Below the pieces are notes generated by a model. That model did no database searches. It had not been told where the DNA came from and saw only the letters and a list, made by a program, of their open reading frames with translations. Position numbers and translations under genes: made by a program. From Macrostomum lignano (Eukaryota), in assembly GCA_002269645.1 (NCBI GenBank), contig NIVC01000583.1, positions 62,001 to 126,000 of the forward strand: DNA of 64,000 bases, read 5' to 3'. This document shows positions 1-12,020 of the stretch, in pieces; positions within the stretch are counted from its first letter, which is position 1; each line of letters begins with the position of its first letter.

Positions 1-1493
1 ATATCTCCGAAAACCAAAATAGCAACGCCCATCACAAACCCGAAATATCATATCTCCGAAAACCAAAATAGCAACGCCCATCACAAACCCGAAATATCAT
101 AACTCCGAAAACCAATTCATGGCAATGCCCATCCAAGATCGAAATATGATAAATACGAGCTATCAATATCGTAATCTGCATGTAGATCTTTTAAGAAATG
201 TCGCTTTCCACTTCGCGGCTCTTTATGTACCGTTATTTTATAATATTGCACCGGAAAGCTACAGCAACAATACAATCATATTGGATGTAGCTAGCTGAAC
301 ATTGGATAAAGCCAAGAGAAACCAAAGCAGGAACAAAGACCAAGAGAATCCCCCAACTTCTGTTCTGAAGCATAAATAGGTTTTGTTTGCTTCACAGTTA
401 TAAATATAGGCTGTTACTAAATACATAAGAACTTCAATTTTAGGCAGATGCCACCAGCTGAGATGCGTCCCTCAGATTTCTTAATAAGGGTGTCAATATA
501 AATCACATGTTCAAAATCCCATTTGTTTTCGTTTTCCCTTCGAGTAATTTTACTTCTTTTAGAAATTAGATAGCGTCAAATAGCAGAATGTGAAGCACTA
601 ATAGTCCTACTAATTTCACTTACAGTTTTATGCTCTAATAAAAACATTCTGTCAATGTCCATTCTTTGAGTGGATGATAAACATGGTAAGCAGATAGCAA
701 ACAAAATTTGTGCTAACGATACCTGCACCAATTTTAGAAAAGTGAAGATTAATACGAGCACGCGATGATAAGCAATAACGATCGAAACAGGATCGTTCAA
801 TTTGCTCAAATTTAGTTAATTTGCACCTTTTAAACAAATCCCCGCTCACTTAGCAAAAAATACACGCGGTACGCATGATCTATGTGATAATCAAAGCACA
901 AGAACATAAAAAAGAATAATTACGTAGATTAATATTTTTGGTCATCTGCTGGTTGCTATTTTGGTTTTCGAAGTTATGATATTTCGGGTTTGTGATGGGC
1001 GTTGCTATTTTGGTTTTCGGAGATATGATATTTCGGGTTTGTGATATTTCGGGTTTATGATTGACGTTGCTAGCACTTTCGGAGATATGATATTTCGGGT
1101 TTATGATATTTCGGGTTTGTGATGGGCGTTGCTATTTTGGTTTTCGGAGATATGATATTTCGGGTTTGTGATATTTCGGGTTTATGATTGACGTTGCTAG
1201 CACTTTCGGAGATATGATATTTCGGGTTTATGATATTTCGGGTTTGTGATGGGCGTTGCTATTTTCGTTTTCGGAGATATGATATTTCGGGTTTATGATA
1301 TTTCGGGTTTGTGATGGGCGTTGCTATTTTCGTTTTCGGAGATAAGATATTTCGGGTTTATGATATTTCGGGTTTGTGATGGGCGTTGCTATTTTGGTTT
1401 TCGGAGATATGATATTTCGGGTTTATGATATTTCGGGTTTATGATGGGAAGTGTTTTCGGAGTTGTGATTTTTCGGGTTTATGATGGCGACCC
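1..1493. mobile_element. Foldback-like element: inverted arms built of a ~49-bp tandem unit around an ~800-bp core (left arm runs off the window)
   Basis: 1-~150 carries tatctccgaaaaccaaaatagcaacgcccatcacaaacccgaaatatca units. ~952-1493 carries the reverse complement with 16-bp subunits gatatttcgggtttgt. The inner ends mirror each other (cccgaaatatcataact[c/t]cgaaaaccaa). Confidence 0.65.
430..700 (-). pseudogene. Degenerate Tc1/IS630-like bipartite HTH DNA-binding remnant in the foldback core
   Basis: Reading through one TGA gives LSSTQRMDIDRMFLLEHKTVSEISRTISASHSAI*RYLISKRSKITRR...HVIYIDTLIKKSEGRISAGGICLKLK, which resembles paired HTH motifs. Recognised by eye only. Confidence 0.4.
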
Positions 1494-1612
1494 ACACAAA
1501 AGTCAGCAAAGAGTGCAAGCAGATTGAATATCTACCGAAGGCATTTTACACAGACCTGAATGCATGAAAAATGGCATTAAAAGTAGGATAAGCTAACGTT
1601 TTCTAAATAGGT

Positions 1613-2372
1613 CACTCGGTGTCTAGATTACACCAGAACTGGGTGACCTAATTCTAGGCTACAAACAGACCTCGGTGACCTAATTCTAGGCTACACCAGA
1701 ACTGGGTGACCTAATTCTAGGCTACACCAGAACTAGGTGACCTAATTCTAGGCTACAAACAGAACACGGTGACCTAATTCTAGGCTACAAACAGAACTCG
1801 GTGACCTAATTCTAGGCTACAAACAGACCTCGGTGACCTAATTCTAGGCTACAACCAGACCTCGGTGACCTAATTCTAGGCTACAACCAGACCTCGGTGA
1901 CCTAATTCTAGGCTACAAACAGAACTGCGTGACGTAATTCTACGCTACAAACAGAACTGCGTGACCTAATTCTAGGCTACGCCAGAACTGGGTGACCTAA
2001 TTCTAGGCTACACCAGAACTCGGTGACTTAATTCTAGGCTGCAAACAGAACTCGGTGACCTAATTCTAGGCTACACCAGAACTGGGTGACCTAATTCTAG
2101 GCTACACCAGAACTGGGTGACCTAATTCTAGGCTACACCAGAACTGGGTGACCTAATTCTAGGCTACACCAGAACTCGGTGACTTAATTCTAGGCTGCAA
2201 ACAGAACTCGGTGACCTATTTCTAAGCTACAAACAGAACTGGGTGACCTAATTCTAGGCTACACCAGAACTGGGTGACCTAATTCTAGGCTACACCAGAA
2301 CTGGGTGACCTAATTCTAGGCTACACCAGAACTGGGTGACTTAATTCTAGGCTACAAACAGAACTCGGTGAC
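1613..2372. repeat. 31-32-bp minisatellite (ggtgacctaattctaggctacaccagaactg), just downstream of the NDUFAF5 stop
   Basis: About 24 head-to-tail copies visible directly. Confidence 0.95.
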
Positions 2373-2441
2373 TTTAATACGGACATTTAACACGGTAGCA
2401 ATTACATAGATTTCTGACAAAAAAAGCAACAAAAAATTCGA

Positions 2442-5400
2442 TCAAGATTTAGGTTTGGAGTCTGTGCCGCCGCCGCCACCGCCGCCGTTCTTCTCCATAA
2501 CGGAGCCGAGGTCGCGCAAGCTGACAGATGCGGAGCCCCGCCTTGCCGGCTTCTGCTGGGAATGGTGCGGCTTCCAGCCAATGAAGTTCACAAACTGAAA
2601 CGTGGCCGGCACGCTGCGCCGCCGCTGACCTTCGCTGTCCTCCTCACCGTCCTCGCCGCCGTACATGAAATCGTAGATAGCCGCGGCAGCAGTGAGCACG
2701 TCTCTATTAAGCCGCAGCGGCCGGTTCCACGCCGCGTTGGTTTCGCCCATCGCTCGCAGATCCGTGAGCAGGTCGTGCACAGACGGATAGCGGACCACAA
2801 TTTCGTCCACGTCTATTGAGACCAGCGCGTAGCCGCAGTTCTGCATCAGGGCGCCCAGATCGGCGTTGCTGGTGAAGGGTGACACGTGCGGAGCGAAGCC
2901 ACCGAGCCGCTCCTGCTCGGCCAGCTGAAGGGAGCAGCGCAGCTCGTACAGCGAGTCGCCGCCGAGGGTGCTGCCGAGCAGGCAGCCGTCCGGCTTAAGG
3001 GCGCGAAGGATTTCACTGAGGGGATTCAGCGGAACTGGCGTGAGCTTGCTGTCTGATGAATTGGACTGGGTTGGATTGGACTGGGTTGGATTGGACTGGG
3101 TTGGAGTGGACTGGGTTGGAGTGGACTGGGTTGGAGTGGACTGGGTTGGAGTGGACTGGGTTGGAGTGGACTGGGTTGGAGTGGACTGGGTTGGATTGAA
3201 CTGGATTAGATTGGATTGGATTAGATTGGATTGGATTAGATTGGACTGGGTTGGATTGGACTGGGTTGGATTGGATTGGATTAGATTGGACTGGATTAGA
3301 TTGGACTGGGTTGGATTGGACTGGGTTGGATTGGATTGGATTAGATTGGACTGGGTTGGATTGGATTTGATTAGATTGGACTGGGTTGGATTGGACTGGG
3401 TTGGATTGGACTGGGTTGGATTGGACTGGGTTGGGTTGGACTGGGTTGGATTGGATTGGATTAGATTGGACTGGGTTGGATTGGATTAAGTTGGATTGGA
3501 CCCAACCACAAACATAAAAAAATATTTCAAAGCAACCAACCCACTAACACTGCGCTCACCGAGAGAAAAATCCAGGCAAGTCGTTAATCCAGTGCAAGCT
3601 GGAATTGATTGATAAACAAAATATGAATATTAAAATATTAAATAACAAGTCTCCAGACTCATTAGGCAAGTTTCAACCCCCACCTCATGCTGCTAACAAC
3701 CAAATCTAATGAGTTTTCGGCGAACGGAAAGAAATTCTCTCCCTCAACCAGGACATTGTGAGTGGGGACTTCGGGCGACTTCTCCGCCGTCTCCAGCGCC
3801 TCCGGCAGCCAGTCGCACTGGTAGATCCGCTTGGCCATGTCCGCCGTGATGTGCTTGGCGATGTGCCCGGAGTCGCAGCCGTAGTCGACTATGACACTGA
3901 AATCGCTGCAGTTGGACAGCGAGTGAGATAGGGGTTGGCCATATTAGCAATCGATTCTATTGTTCTGCTTTCGCATTGACTAGATTAGCAATCCATTCTG
4001 TTCCTGCTCCCACATTGACTAGATTAGCAATCCATTCTATTCCTGCTTTCGCATTGACTAGATTAGCAATCCATTCTGTTCCTGCTTTCGCATTGACTAG
4101 ATTAGCAATCCATTCTGTTCCTGCTTTCGCATTGACTAGATTAGCAATCCATTCTATTCCTGCTTTCGCATTGACTAGATTAGCAATCCCTCACCGTTTA
4201 ATATCGCAGATTCTGTCGAAGGTGCGCCAGCCCATCTCCTCGCGCAGGTAGCCGCAGCACTGCCGTTCCGGCCGCAGGAGGCCCCGCCGCCGCTGTAGCA
4301 GCTTCGCCCGCCTGTCGAAGACGTTCATCACCGAGGTCGAGGAGGAAGGAACCGACGCAGATTTCGCAATGCCGGCGTCATCAGCGCTGCCCGTTGAAGA
4401 TGCCGAAGACAGTCGGGCTGCAGTGGCTCGGGCCGCGCGCCGGTGGCAGCAGGCGACCAAAAATGCTGCCGGGCTGCCGCTACCGCTGATAAAGCCAAAC
4501 AGCGGGTGGATATGAAGCTCCAGGCTTGTTACTGAGGCTGGGCGGCCGCTGAATTTCACTGCCTGCCGCAACCCCTTGCCCTTGTAGCTTCACTGCCTGC
4601 CGCTACCCCCCCCCTTGTAGCTTCAGTGCCTGCCGCTACCCCCCCCCTTGTAGCTTCAGTGCCTGCCACTACCCCCCCCCCCTTGTAGCTTCAGTGCCTG
4701 CCGCTACCCCCCCCCCTTGTAGCTTCAGTGCCTGCCACTACCCCCCTTGTAGCTTCAGTGCCTGCCGCTACCCCCCTTGTAGCTTCAGTGCCTGCCGCTA
4801 CCCTCCCCCCCCTTGTAGCTTCAGTGCCTGCCACTACCCCCTTGTAGCTTCAGTGCCTGCCACTACCCCCTTGTAGCTTCAGTGCCTGCCGCTACCCCCC
4901 TTGTAGCTTCAGTGCCTGCCGCTACCCTCCCCCCCTTGTAGCTTCAGTGCCTGCCACTACCCCCCTTGTAGCTTCAGTGCCTGCCGCTACCCCCCTTGTA
5001 GCTTCAGTGCCTGCCACTACCCCCTTGTAGCTTCAGTGCCTGCCGCTACCCTCCCCCCCTTGTAGCTTCAGTGCCTGCCGCTACCCCCCTTGTAGCTTCA
5101 GTGCCTGCCACTACCCCCCTTGTAGCTTCAGTGCCTGCCGCTACCCCCCTTGTAGCTTCAGTGCCTGCCGCTACCCTCCCCCCCCCTTGTAGCTTCAGTG
5201 CCTGCCACTACCCCCCCCCTTGTAGCTTCAGTGCCTGCCACTACCCCCTTGTAGCTTCAGTGCCTGCCGCTACCCCCCCCCCTTGTAGCTTCAGTGCCTG
5301 CCGCTACCCCCCTTGTAGCTTCAGTGCCTGCCGCTACCCCCCTTGTAGCTTCAGTGCCTGCCGCTACCCCCCCCCTTGTAGCTTCAGTGCCTGCCGCTAC

Positions 5401-6352
5401 CCCCCTTGTAGCTTCAGTGCCTGCCGCTACCCCCCTTGTAGCTTCAGTGCCTGCCGCTACCCCCCTTGTAGCTTCAGTGCCTGCCGCTACCCTCCCCCCC
5501 CTTGTAGCTTCAGTGCCTGCCACTACCCCCCCCCCTTGTAGCTTCAGTGCCTGCCGCTACCCCCCCCTTGTAGCTTCAGTGCCTGCCACTACCCCCCTTG
5601 TAGCTTCAGTGCCTGCCGCTACCCCCTTGTAGCTTCAGTGCCTGCCGCTACCCTCCCCCCCCCTTGTAGCTTCAGTGCCTGCCACTACCCCCCCTTGTAG
5701 CTTCAGTGCCTGCCACTACCCCCCTTGTAGCTTCAGTGCCTGCCGCTACCCCCCCCTTGTAGCTTCAGTGCCTGCCACTACCCCCCTTGTAGCTTCAGTG
5801 CCTGCCGCTACCCCCCTTGTAGCTTCAGTGCCTGCCGCTACCCCCCTTGTAGCTTCAGTGCCTGCCGCTACCCCCCCCTTGTAGCTTCAGTGCCTGCCGC
5901 TACCCCCCCCCCTTGTAGCTTCAGTGCCTGCCACTACCCCCCTTGTAGCTTCAGTGCCTGCCGCTACCCCCCTTGTAGCTTCAGTGCCTGCCGCTACCCT
6001 CCCCCCCCTTGTAGCTTCAGTGCCTGCCACTACCCCCCCCCTTGTAGCTTCAGTGCCTGCCACTACCCCCCTTGTAGCTTCAGTGCCTGCCGCTACCCCC
6101 CCTTGTAGCTTCAGTGCCTGCCGCTACCCCCTTGTAGCTTCAGTGCCTGCCGCTACCCCCCTTGTAGCTTCAGTGCCTGCCGCTACCCCCCCCCCCTGTA
6201 GCTTCAGTGCCTGCCGCTACCCCCCTTGTAGCTTCAGTGCCTGCCGCTACCCCCCTTGTAGCTTCAGTGCCTGCCGCTACCCCCCTTGTAGCTTCAGTGC
6301 CTGCCGCTACCCCCCCCCTTGTAGCTTCAGTGCCTGCCGCTACCCTCCTCAT
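2442..6352 (-). CDS. NDUFAF5: NDUFAF5-like SAM-fold complex I assembly factor (arginine hydroxylase)
   Basis: Exons 4195-4562, 3684-3905, 3560-3598 and 2442-3015 join in phase at GT-AG junctions. Motifs: VMNVFDRRAKLLQ, YLREEMG, ENSLDLVVSSMSLHWINDLP, GDSLYELRCSLQLAEQERLGGFAPHVSPF, DLRAMGETNA, ATFQFVNFIGWK, RGSASVS. The 9-nt first exon 6344-6352 (ATG AGG AGG) is tentative. Confidence 0.9.
3061..3500. repeat. 10-bp minisatellite (ttggactggg and variants) in an NDUFAF5 intron
   Basis: Direct tandem copies; source of spurious ORF 2968-3489. Confidence 0.95.
3944..4189. repeat. 39-bp minisatellite in an NDUFAF5 intron
   Basis: attgactagattagcaatccattctgttcctgctttcgc, about 6 copies. Confidence 0.95.
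4572..6343. repeat. ~30-34-bp minisatellite (cttgtagcttcagtgcctgccgctac + C-run) in the putative first NDUFAF5 intron
   Basis: More than 50 copies differing mainly in C-run length. Confidence 0.95.
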
Positions 6353-6684
6353 TGTAGCTCCAAATTGCAATACTTCAAAAATTGAGTTTAAAACGATAGC
6401 GGTTGCTCGCGAACGGATTGCTCAGAATATATTTCATAATGAATAACACAAATTACAGTCTCACTGTTTAATTCTCAAGCCATACAGAAGTGTGGGGCGC
6501 GTAAAACTAAGAGAGAAGGAAACGAGTAAGAAAAACAAGTTTGAACAAATAGGACAAAATTTTGTTCAAACCGTAATTTACTGTACATGTTGGCATCAAG
6601 AGTAGATATTCTTTTTGGAACGCAAAATTTATTAAAAAGTAAAACTTAAAACCGCATCTTTTCGGTGGGCGCCGAAAATGAGTA

Positions 6685-7228
6685 TAATTAGGGGCAGGTG
6701 TTAAGGGCGGGTAATTAGGATGAGAGTGTTCAAGGTGAGTAACTAGGGGCGGGTGTTTAAAGTGAGTAATTAGGGGTAGGTGTTCAACGTGAGTAATTAG
6801 GGGTGGGTATTTAAGGTGAGTAATTAGGGGTAGGTGTTCAACGTGAGTAATTAGGGGTGGGTATTTAAGGTGAGTAATTAGGGGTGGGTATTCAAGGTGA
6901 GTAATTAGGGGTGGGTATTCAAGGTGAGTAATTAGGGGTGGGTATTCAAGGTGAGTAATTAGGGGTGGCTATTTAAGGTGAGTAATTAGGGGTGGGTATT
7001 TAAGGTGAGTAATTAGGGGTGGGTATTCAAGGTGAGTAATTAGGGGTGGGTATTTAAGGTGAATAATTAGGGGTGGGTATTCAAGGTGATTAATTAGGGG
7101 TGGGTGATCAAGGTGAATAATTAGGGATGGGTGTTTAAAGTGAGTAATTAAGGTGGGTGTTCAAGGTAAATAGCTAGGGGTGGGTGCTCAAAGTGAGCAA
7201 TTAGGGGTGGGTATTCAATGTTACTAAT
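6685..7228. repeat. 27-bp G-rich minisatellite containing TTAGGG, upstream of NDUFAF5
   Basis: ggtgagtaattaggggtgggtattcaa, about 20 copies. Confidence 0.9.
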
Positions 7229-7867
7229 TAAATCTCACGACAGCCAATAGAAGCCACGACAGTTTCATTAAGAAACAAGCAGAAACAAAGGACTTCCAAA
7301 AGGTAGTGAATCACAGCAACTGATATAGAGCAGTCTATTTCTTAATTTATTTGCTAAATAGGGGTGCAAAATTTTGAACCTAATAAACAATGAATGTGCT
7401 TTAAACCAGCAGTTACTATTATTATTGATTATATAAATAAAAAAGCATGTTAGACAGTTATAAATATAAATAAGTCAAGGAAAAAGGCGAAGCAAACAAG
7501 AAAACGAAAACCAAGAATTGATTTGTGCCGTCAAAGCCGAGCATTGTGAAAGAAGTATCATTTAAACAGACATTGCTATTTGATTCTAGAGAAGTGAAAA
7601 TGTCCAATGATCAAACATAAGTGCCTCCGCGATAGGCATGTCAAGGGGTCCTTTTATTTCAAAGTTTATATCCGGTCATGAGTGAGGACAAACTGCTATT
7701 ATAAGTAGAAAAATCAAACTACCAGCGCGTATTGGCACATCACTATATTGGATTCTCAGTGGTAAATAAGGCGGCGACAGGAGACAGACCTGGCTAAAAC
7801 ATCCAAAACAAACTGCAGGCAATTGAAGCGGCAACACTTTGGCAAATAGATTGCTGTTAAAGCTTAG

Positions 7868-8680
7868 CGGCCCAGCAACTGGGGATCTGGGAGGCTGACC
7901 CAGCAACTGAGGATCTGGGAGGCTGACCCAGTAACTGAGGATCTGGGAGGCTGGCCCAACAACTGGGGATCTGGGAGGCTGACCCAGCAACTAAGGATCT
8001 GGGAGGCTGGCCCAGCAACTGAGGATCTGGGAGGCTGGCCCAGCAACTGAGGATCTGGGAGGCTGGCCCAGCAACTAAGGATCTGGGAGGCTGGCCCAGC
8101 AACTGAGGATCTGGGAGGCTGGCCCAGCAACTGAGGATCTGGGAGGCTGGCCCAGCAACTAAGAATCTGGGAGGCTGGCTGGCCCAGCAACTGAGGATCT
8201 GGGAGGCTGGCCCAGCAACTGAGGATCTGGGAGGCTGGCCCAGCAACTGAGGATCTGGGAGGCTGGCCCAGCAACTAAGAATCTGGGAGGCTGGCTGGCC
8301 CAGCAACTGACACTCTGGGAGGCTGGCCCAGCAACTGAGGATCTGGGAGGCTGGCCCAGCAACTGAGGATCTGGGAGGCTGGCCCAGCAACTGAGGATCT
8401 GGGAGGCTGGCCCAGTAACTGAGGATCTGGGTGGCTGGCCCAGCAACTAAGGATCTGGGAGGCTGGCCCAGCAACTGAGGATCTGGGAGGCTGGCCAAGC
8501 AACTGAGGATCTGGGAGGCTAGCCCAGCAACTAGGGATCTGGGAGGCTGGCCCAGAAACTGCGGATCTGGGAGGCTGGCCCAGCAACTGAGGATCTGGGA
8601 GGCTGGCCCAGAAACTGCGGATCTGGGAGGCTGGCCCAGCAACTGAGGATCTGGGAGGCTGGCCCAGCAACTGAGGATCT
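7868..8680. repeat. 28-bp minisatellite, copy 1 (ggcccagcaactgaggatctgggaggct)
   Basis: About 29 copies; the same unit occurs at 16079-16680 (inverted) and 19931-20266. Confidence 0.95.
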
Positions 8681-9129
8681 AAGAGGCCGGATTGCTGAAT
8701 GCTGCATGACACTTCGAGCCGTGGTTGATTAAAACAAAACCAACATCACTACATGCAGTTGTCAGTGGAAAACACAAACAGTAAACTAGTTAGGCCAAGC
8801 ATATGGGCTTCAGAAGCTGTAACTGTATCGAACAGAAGCTTACAGCTAATTTATTAGAGATAAGAGATCAGACCACAGCGGCACATTGGCTAAATGTAAG
8901 TCCGTGTGGTGCTGAAAAAAAGAAACATATTGCTTTGCAAAACTGCTTAGCGTGACCAAAGGATACCAACAATATTTGTAGTAAAACTAACTATAACATA
9001 ATGCAGTTTAAGGCTAACAGCAGTCGAAGGCCGCTAACTTGCCGCTAAAAGACACGGTTTGAAGAAATTATATTGGATATTTAAAGTGATAGCAAATGTA
9101 GTCTCTGCTCTGAGGGACAAACTTATTGC

Positions 9130-9593
9130 CTGTCTCCCTTCATAGACACCCAGCTTGCGCTCTTCATAGGCAGCCTACCTGCTCTCTTCATAGACACCCT
9201 ACTTGCTCCCTTCATAGACAGCCTGCTTGCTCCCTTCATAGACAAGTAGACAACCTACTTGCTCCCTTCATAAACACCCTACTTGCTCCCTTCATAAACA
9301 ACCTACTTGCTCCCTTCATAAAAAACCTACTTGCTCCCTTCATAGACACCCTACTTGCTCCCTTCATAAAAAACCTACTGGCTCCCTTCATAGACACCCT
9401 ACTTGCTCTCTTCATAGGCAGCCTACCTGCTCTCTTCATAGACAGCCTACCTGCTCTCTTCATAGACAGCCTACCTGCTCTCTTCATAGGCAGCCTACCT
9501 GCTCCCTTCATAGGCAGCCTACCTGCTCCCTTCATAGACAGCCTACTTGCTCCCTTCATAGGCAGCCTACCTGCTCCCTTCATAGACAGCCTA
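9130..9593. repeat. 24-bp minisatellite immediately 3' of the GMPPB stop
   Basis: ttgctcccttcatagacagcctac, about 19 copies. Confidence 0.95.
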
Positions 9594-9609
9594 CTCAAAC
9601 GCTGAGGTC

Positions 9610-11073
9610 CTACATAATAATCTGCGGCTCGGGCTGGGACTCGCCGATGCTCTTGTGCGGCAGGATCCGGCAGCCGTTCAAATAGATCTCGTCGTTGACA
9701 TTGACGTCTTCGCCAAGGACGCAGACGGACTCCATGCGGACCCAGCGGCCGATGTGACAGCGCCAGCCAATTATGCACGAGTCAATCCAGCTGTGCTCGC
9801 GAATTTTCGAGCCTTCGAGCACCGTGCTGCGACGGATTCGAACGCCGTCTTCGATAACTACGTTGGGACCGATGACCACGTTGGGCCCGATGCGGCAGTT
9901 GCGCCCGATCTTGGCGGTGGGGTGCACCAGGCTGCTGGTGATCGCCGTGCCGACGCCGCCGTCCGCGGATTTGCCGGCGTCTCCGTCCGGCGTGGCGCAG
10001 GCAGACGGAGAATTGGCAATGTACATGCACATGCCTGCAGAGTGAGTGAGTGAGTGAGTGAACGAGTGAGTGAGTGAGTGAGTGAGTGAGTGAGTGAGTG
10101 AACGAGTGAGTGAGTGAATGAGTGAGTGACTAAGTGAGTGAGTGAGTGAGTGAGTGAGTGACTAAGTGAGTGAGTGAGTGAGTGAGTGAGTGACTAAGTG
10201 AGTGAGTGAGTGAGTGAGTGAGTAAGTGAGCGAGTGAGTGATTGAGTGACTAAGTGAGGTAGTGAGTGAGTGAGTGAGCGAGTGAGTGAGTGAGCGAGTG
10301 AGTGAGTGAGTGAGTGACTAAGTGAGGTAGTGAGTGAGTGAGTGAGCGAGTGAGTGATCCCAGAACAATGTTAACAACGCACCGGTTAGGAAGTCCTTCG
10401 GCTGGCCAACATCCATCCAGAAGCCGTGCAGCTCCAATGCGTACAAGTTGCCCTGCTGCACCATCAGCGGGAAAGTCTCCTTCTCTATAGAAGTTGGCTT
10501 ATTGGGAATTTTATCCAGAATCGACCGGCTGAAGATGTACAGACCGGCGTTGATCTTGTTGGACACGAACTCCTGCGGCTTCTCAACGAACCGGTCGATC
10601 AGGCCAGTGGCCTCGTCGTACACAACAACGCCGTACTTGGACGGCTCCTCAACCTTGGTGACCATGATGGTGCCTTCCCGGCCGTGGGCCCGGTGAAATT
10701 CGATCATCTGCTGAAAAGGGAACTGGCAGATGACGTCACTGTTGAGGACAAAGAAGGGCTCGGCTGGATCGGCCGACTGGCACAGGTATTTCTGGGCCAG
10801 CTTCAACGGACCGGCGGTGCCAAGAGGCTCCTCCTCGAACGAGAAGGTGAATTTAACGCCCAGACGCTCGCCCTCCTTCATCAATCGCTGCTCCATGAGC
10901 TCGGCCCGGTAGCTGACGGCCAGGATCACGTGATCGACTCCGACAGCTGCCAGGGCTTCAACTTGATGCAGCATCATTGGCTTGTTGCAGAATTCAACCA
11001 GAGGCTTCGGCTGCGACAGGGTGAGGGGGCGCAGGCGAGTGCCGAAACCGCCGACGAGGATCAGGGCTTTCAT
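9610..11073 (-). CDS. GMPPB: Mannose-1-phosphate guanylyltransferase beta (GDP-mannose pyrophosphorylase B), 371 aa
   Basis: Exons 10383-11073 and 9610-10034 (phase-1 GT-AG intron, G|GC = Gly). Motifs: [64 protein letters not shown], a hexapeptide left-handed beta-helix region and the C-terminus [13 protein letters not shown]. Confidence 0.97.
10040..10356. repeat. (GAGT)n microsatellite filling the GMPPB intron
   Basis: Runs up to the 3' splice site (ctcactcactctgcag on the minus strand). Confidence 0.95.
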
Positions 11074-11633
11074 TTGTGGCTAAAAGCGATTGAGCTGGAA
11101 GGGGAATTGTCTGCGCATTAGGGATCTCCCTGTATATATAAATCCTCTCAGAGTAGGCGATTTCAGAGTTGGGATTTTTGGGTTTGCAGTTGCACTAAAA
11201 TAGCTTTTAATTGTATTCTTCGCTCTAGTAGTGAGCGAGACCAACAGGGGGCTGAAATAGGAGTTGAATATACTAGTTTAGCCCTCAGTCTACTTGAAGG
11301 ACACTCTGTGTGTAGGTAGGAGGGGGGGGACCAGTCCAGAGAAAATCTGTTAGCGCAGCTGTCTCTCCTATGTATGTCTCTCCTTCCCCGACCTCTCCGC
11401 GTTGGCCAAGTGAGTAAACACGCTGCGCGACAGCTGAGCGCCTGGCAATTTGGCTCTGGGTTAGTGTGTTTTTTGTAGTTAGGAAAGAAGCGGCTAATTG
11501 AGGATTTACAGGTTGGGATATGAGGAGGGAGACGGATGGGGGAGAGAGATAGAGAAAGGGGAGTAGAGGAAGAGAGAGGCAAAAAAGAATAGAAGTGGGG
11601 GAGAAGGAGAGAAGGAGAGAAGATAGTAGACAG

Positions 11634-11635
<2 letters not shown>

Positions 11636-11707
<72 letters not shown>

Positions 11708-11752
11708 GGAGAGAGAAAGAGAGAGAAAGGGGGGAGAGGGAGAGAGAGAGAA

Positions 11753-11794
<42 letters not shown>

Positions 11795-11863
11795 AGGGAG
11801 AGAGAGAGAGAGAGAGACGGAGAGAGAAAGAGAGAGAAAGGGGGGAGAGGGAGAGAGAGAGAA

Positions 11864-11905
<42 letters not shown>

Positions 11906-11960
11906 AGGGAGAGAGAGAGAGAGAGAGAGAGACGGAGAGAGAAAGAGAGAGAAAGGGGGA

Positions 11961-12011
<51 letters not shown>

Positions 12012-12020
12012 AGAGAGAGA
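11636..12020. repeat. (GA)n polypurine tract with a higher-order duplication
   Basis: Direct observation; source of spurious ORFs 11506-12093, 11595-12038 and 11635-12027. Confidence 0.95.

Noticed and set aside
4572-6352. Coding VNTR (VAAGTEATRG)n at the NDUFAF5 N-terminus
   Set aside because: Variable C-runs break the frame, and the last unit leads to a TGA that is out of frame with the downstream exon.
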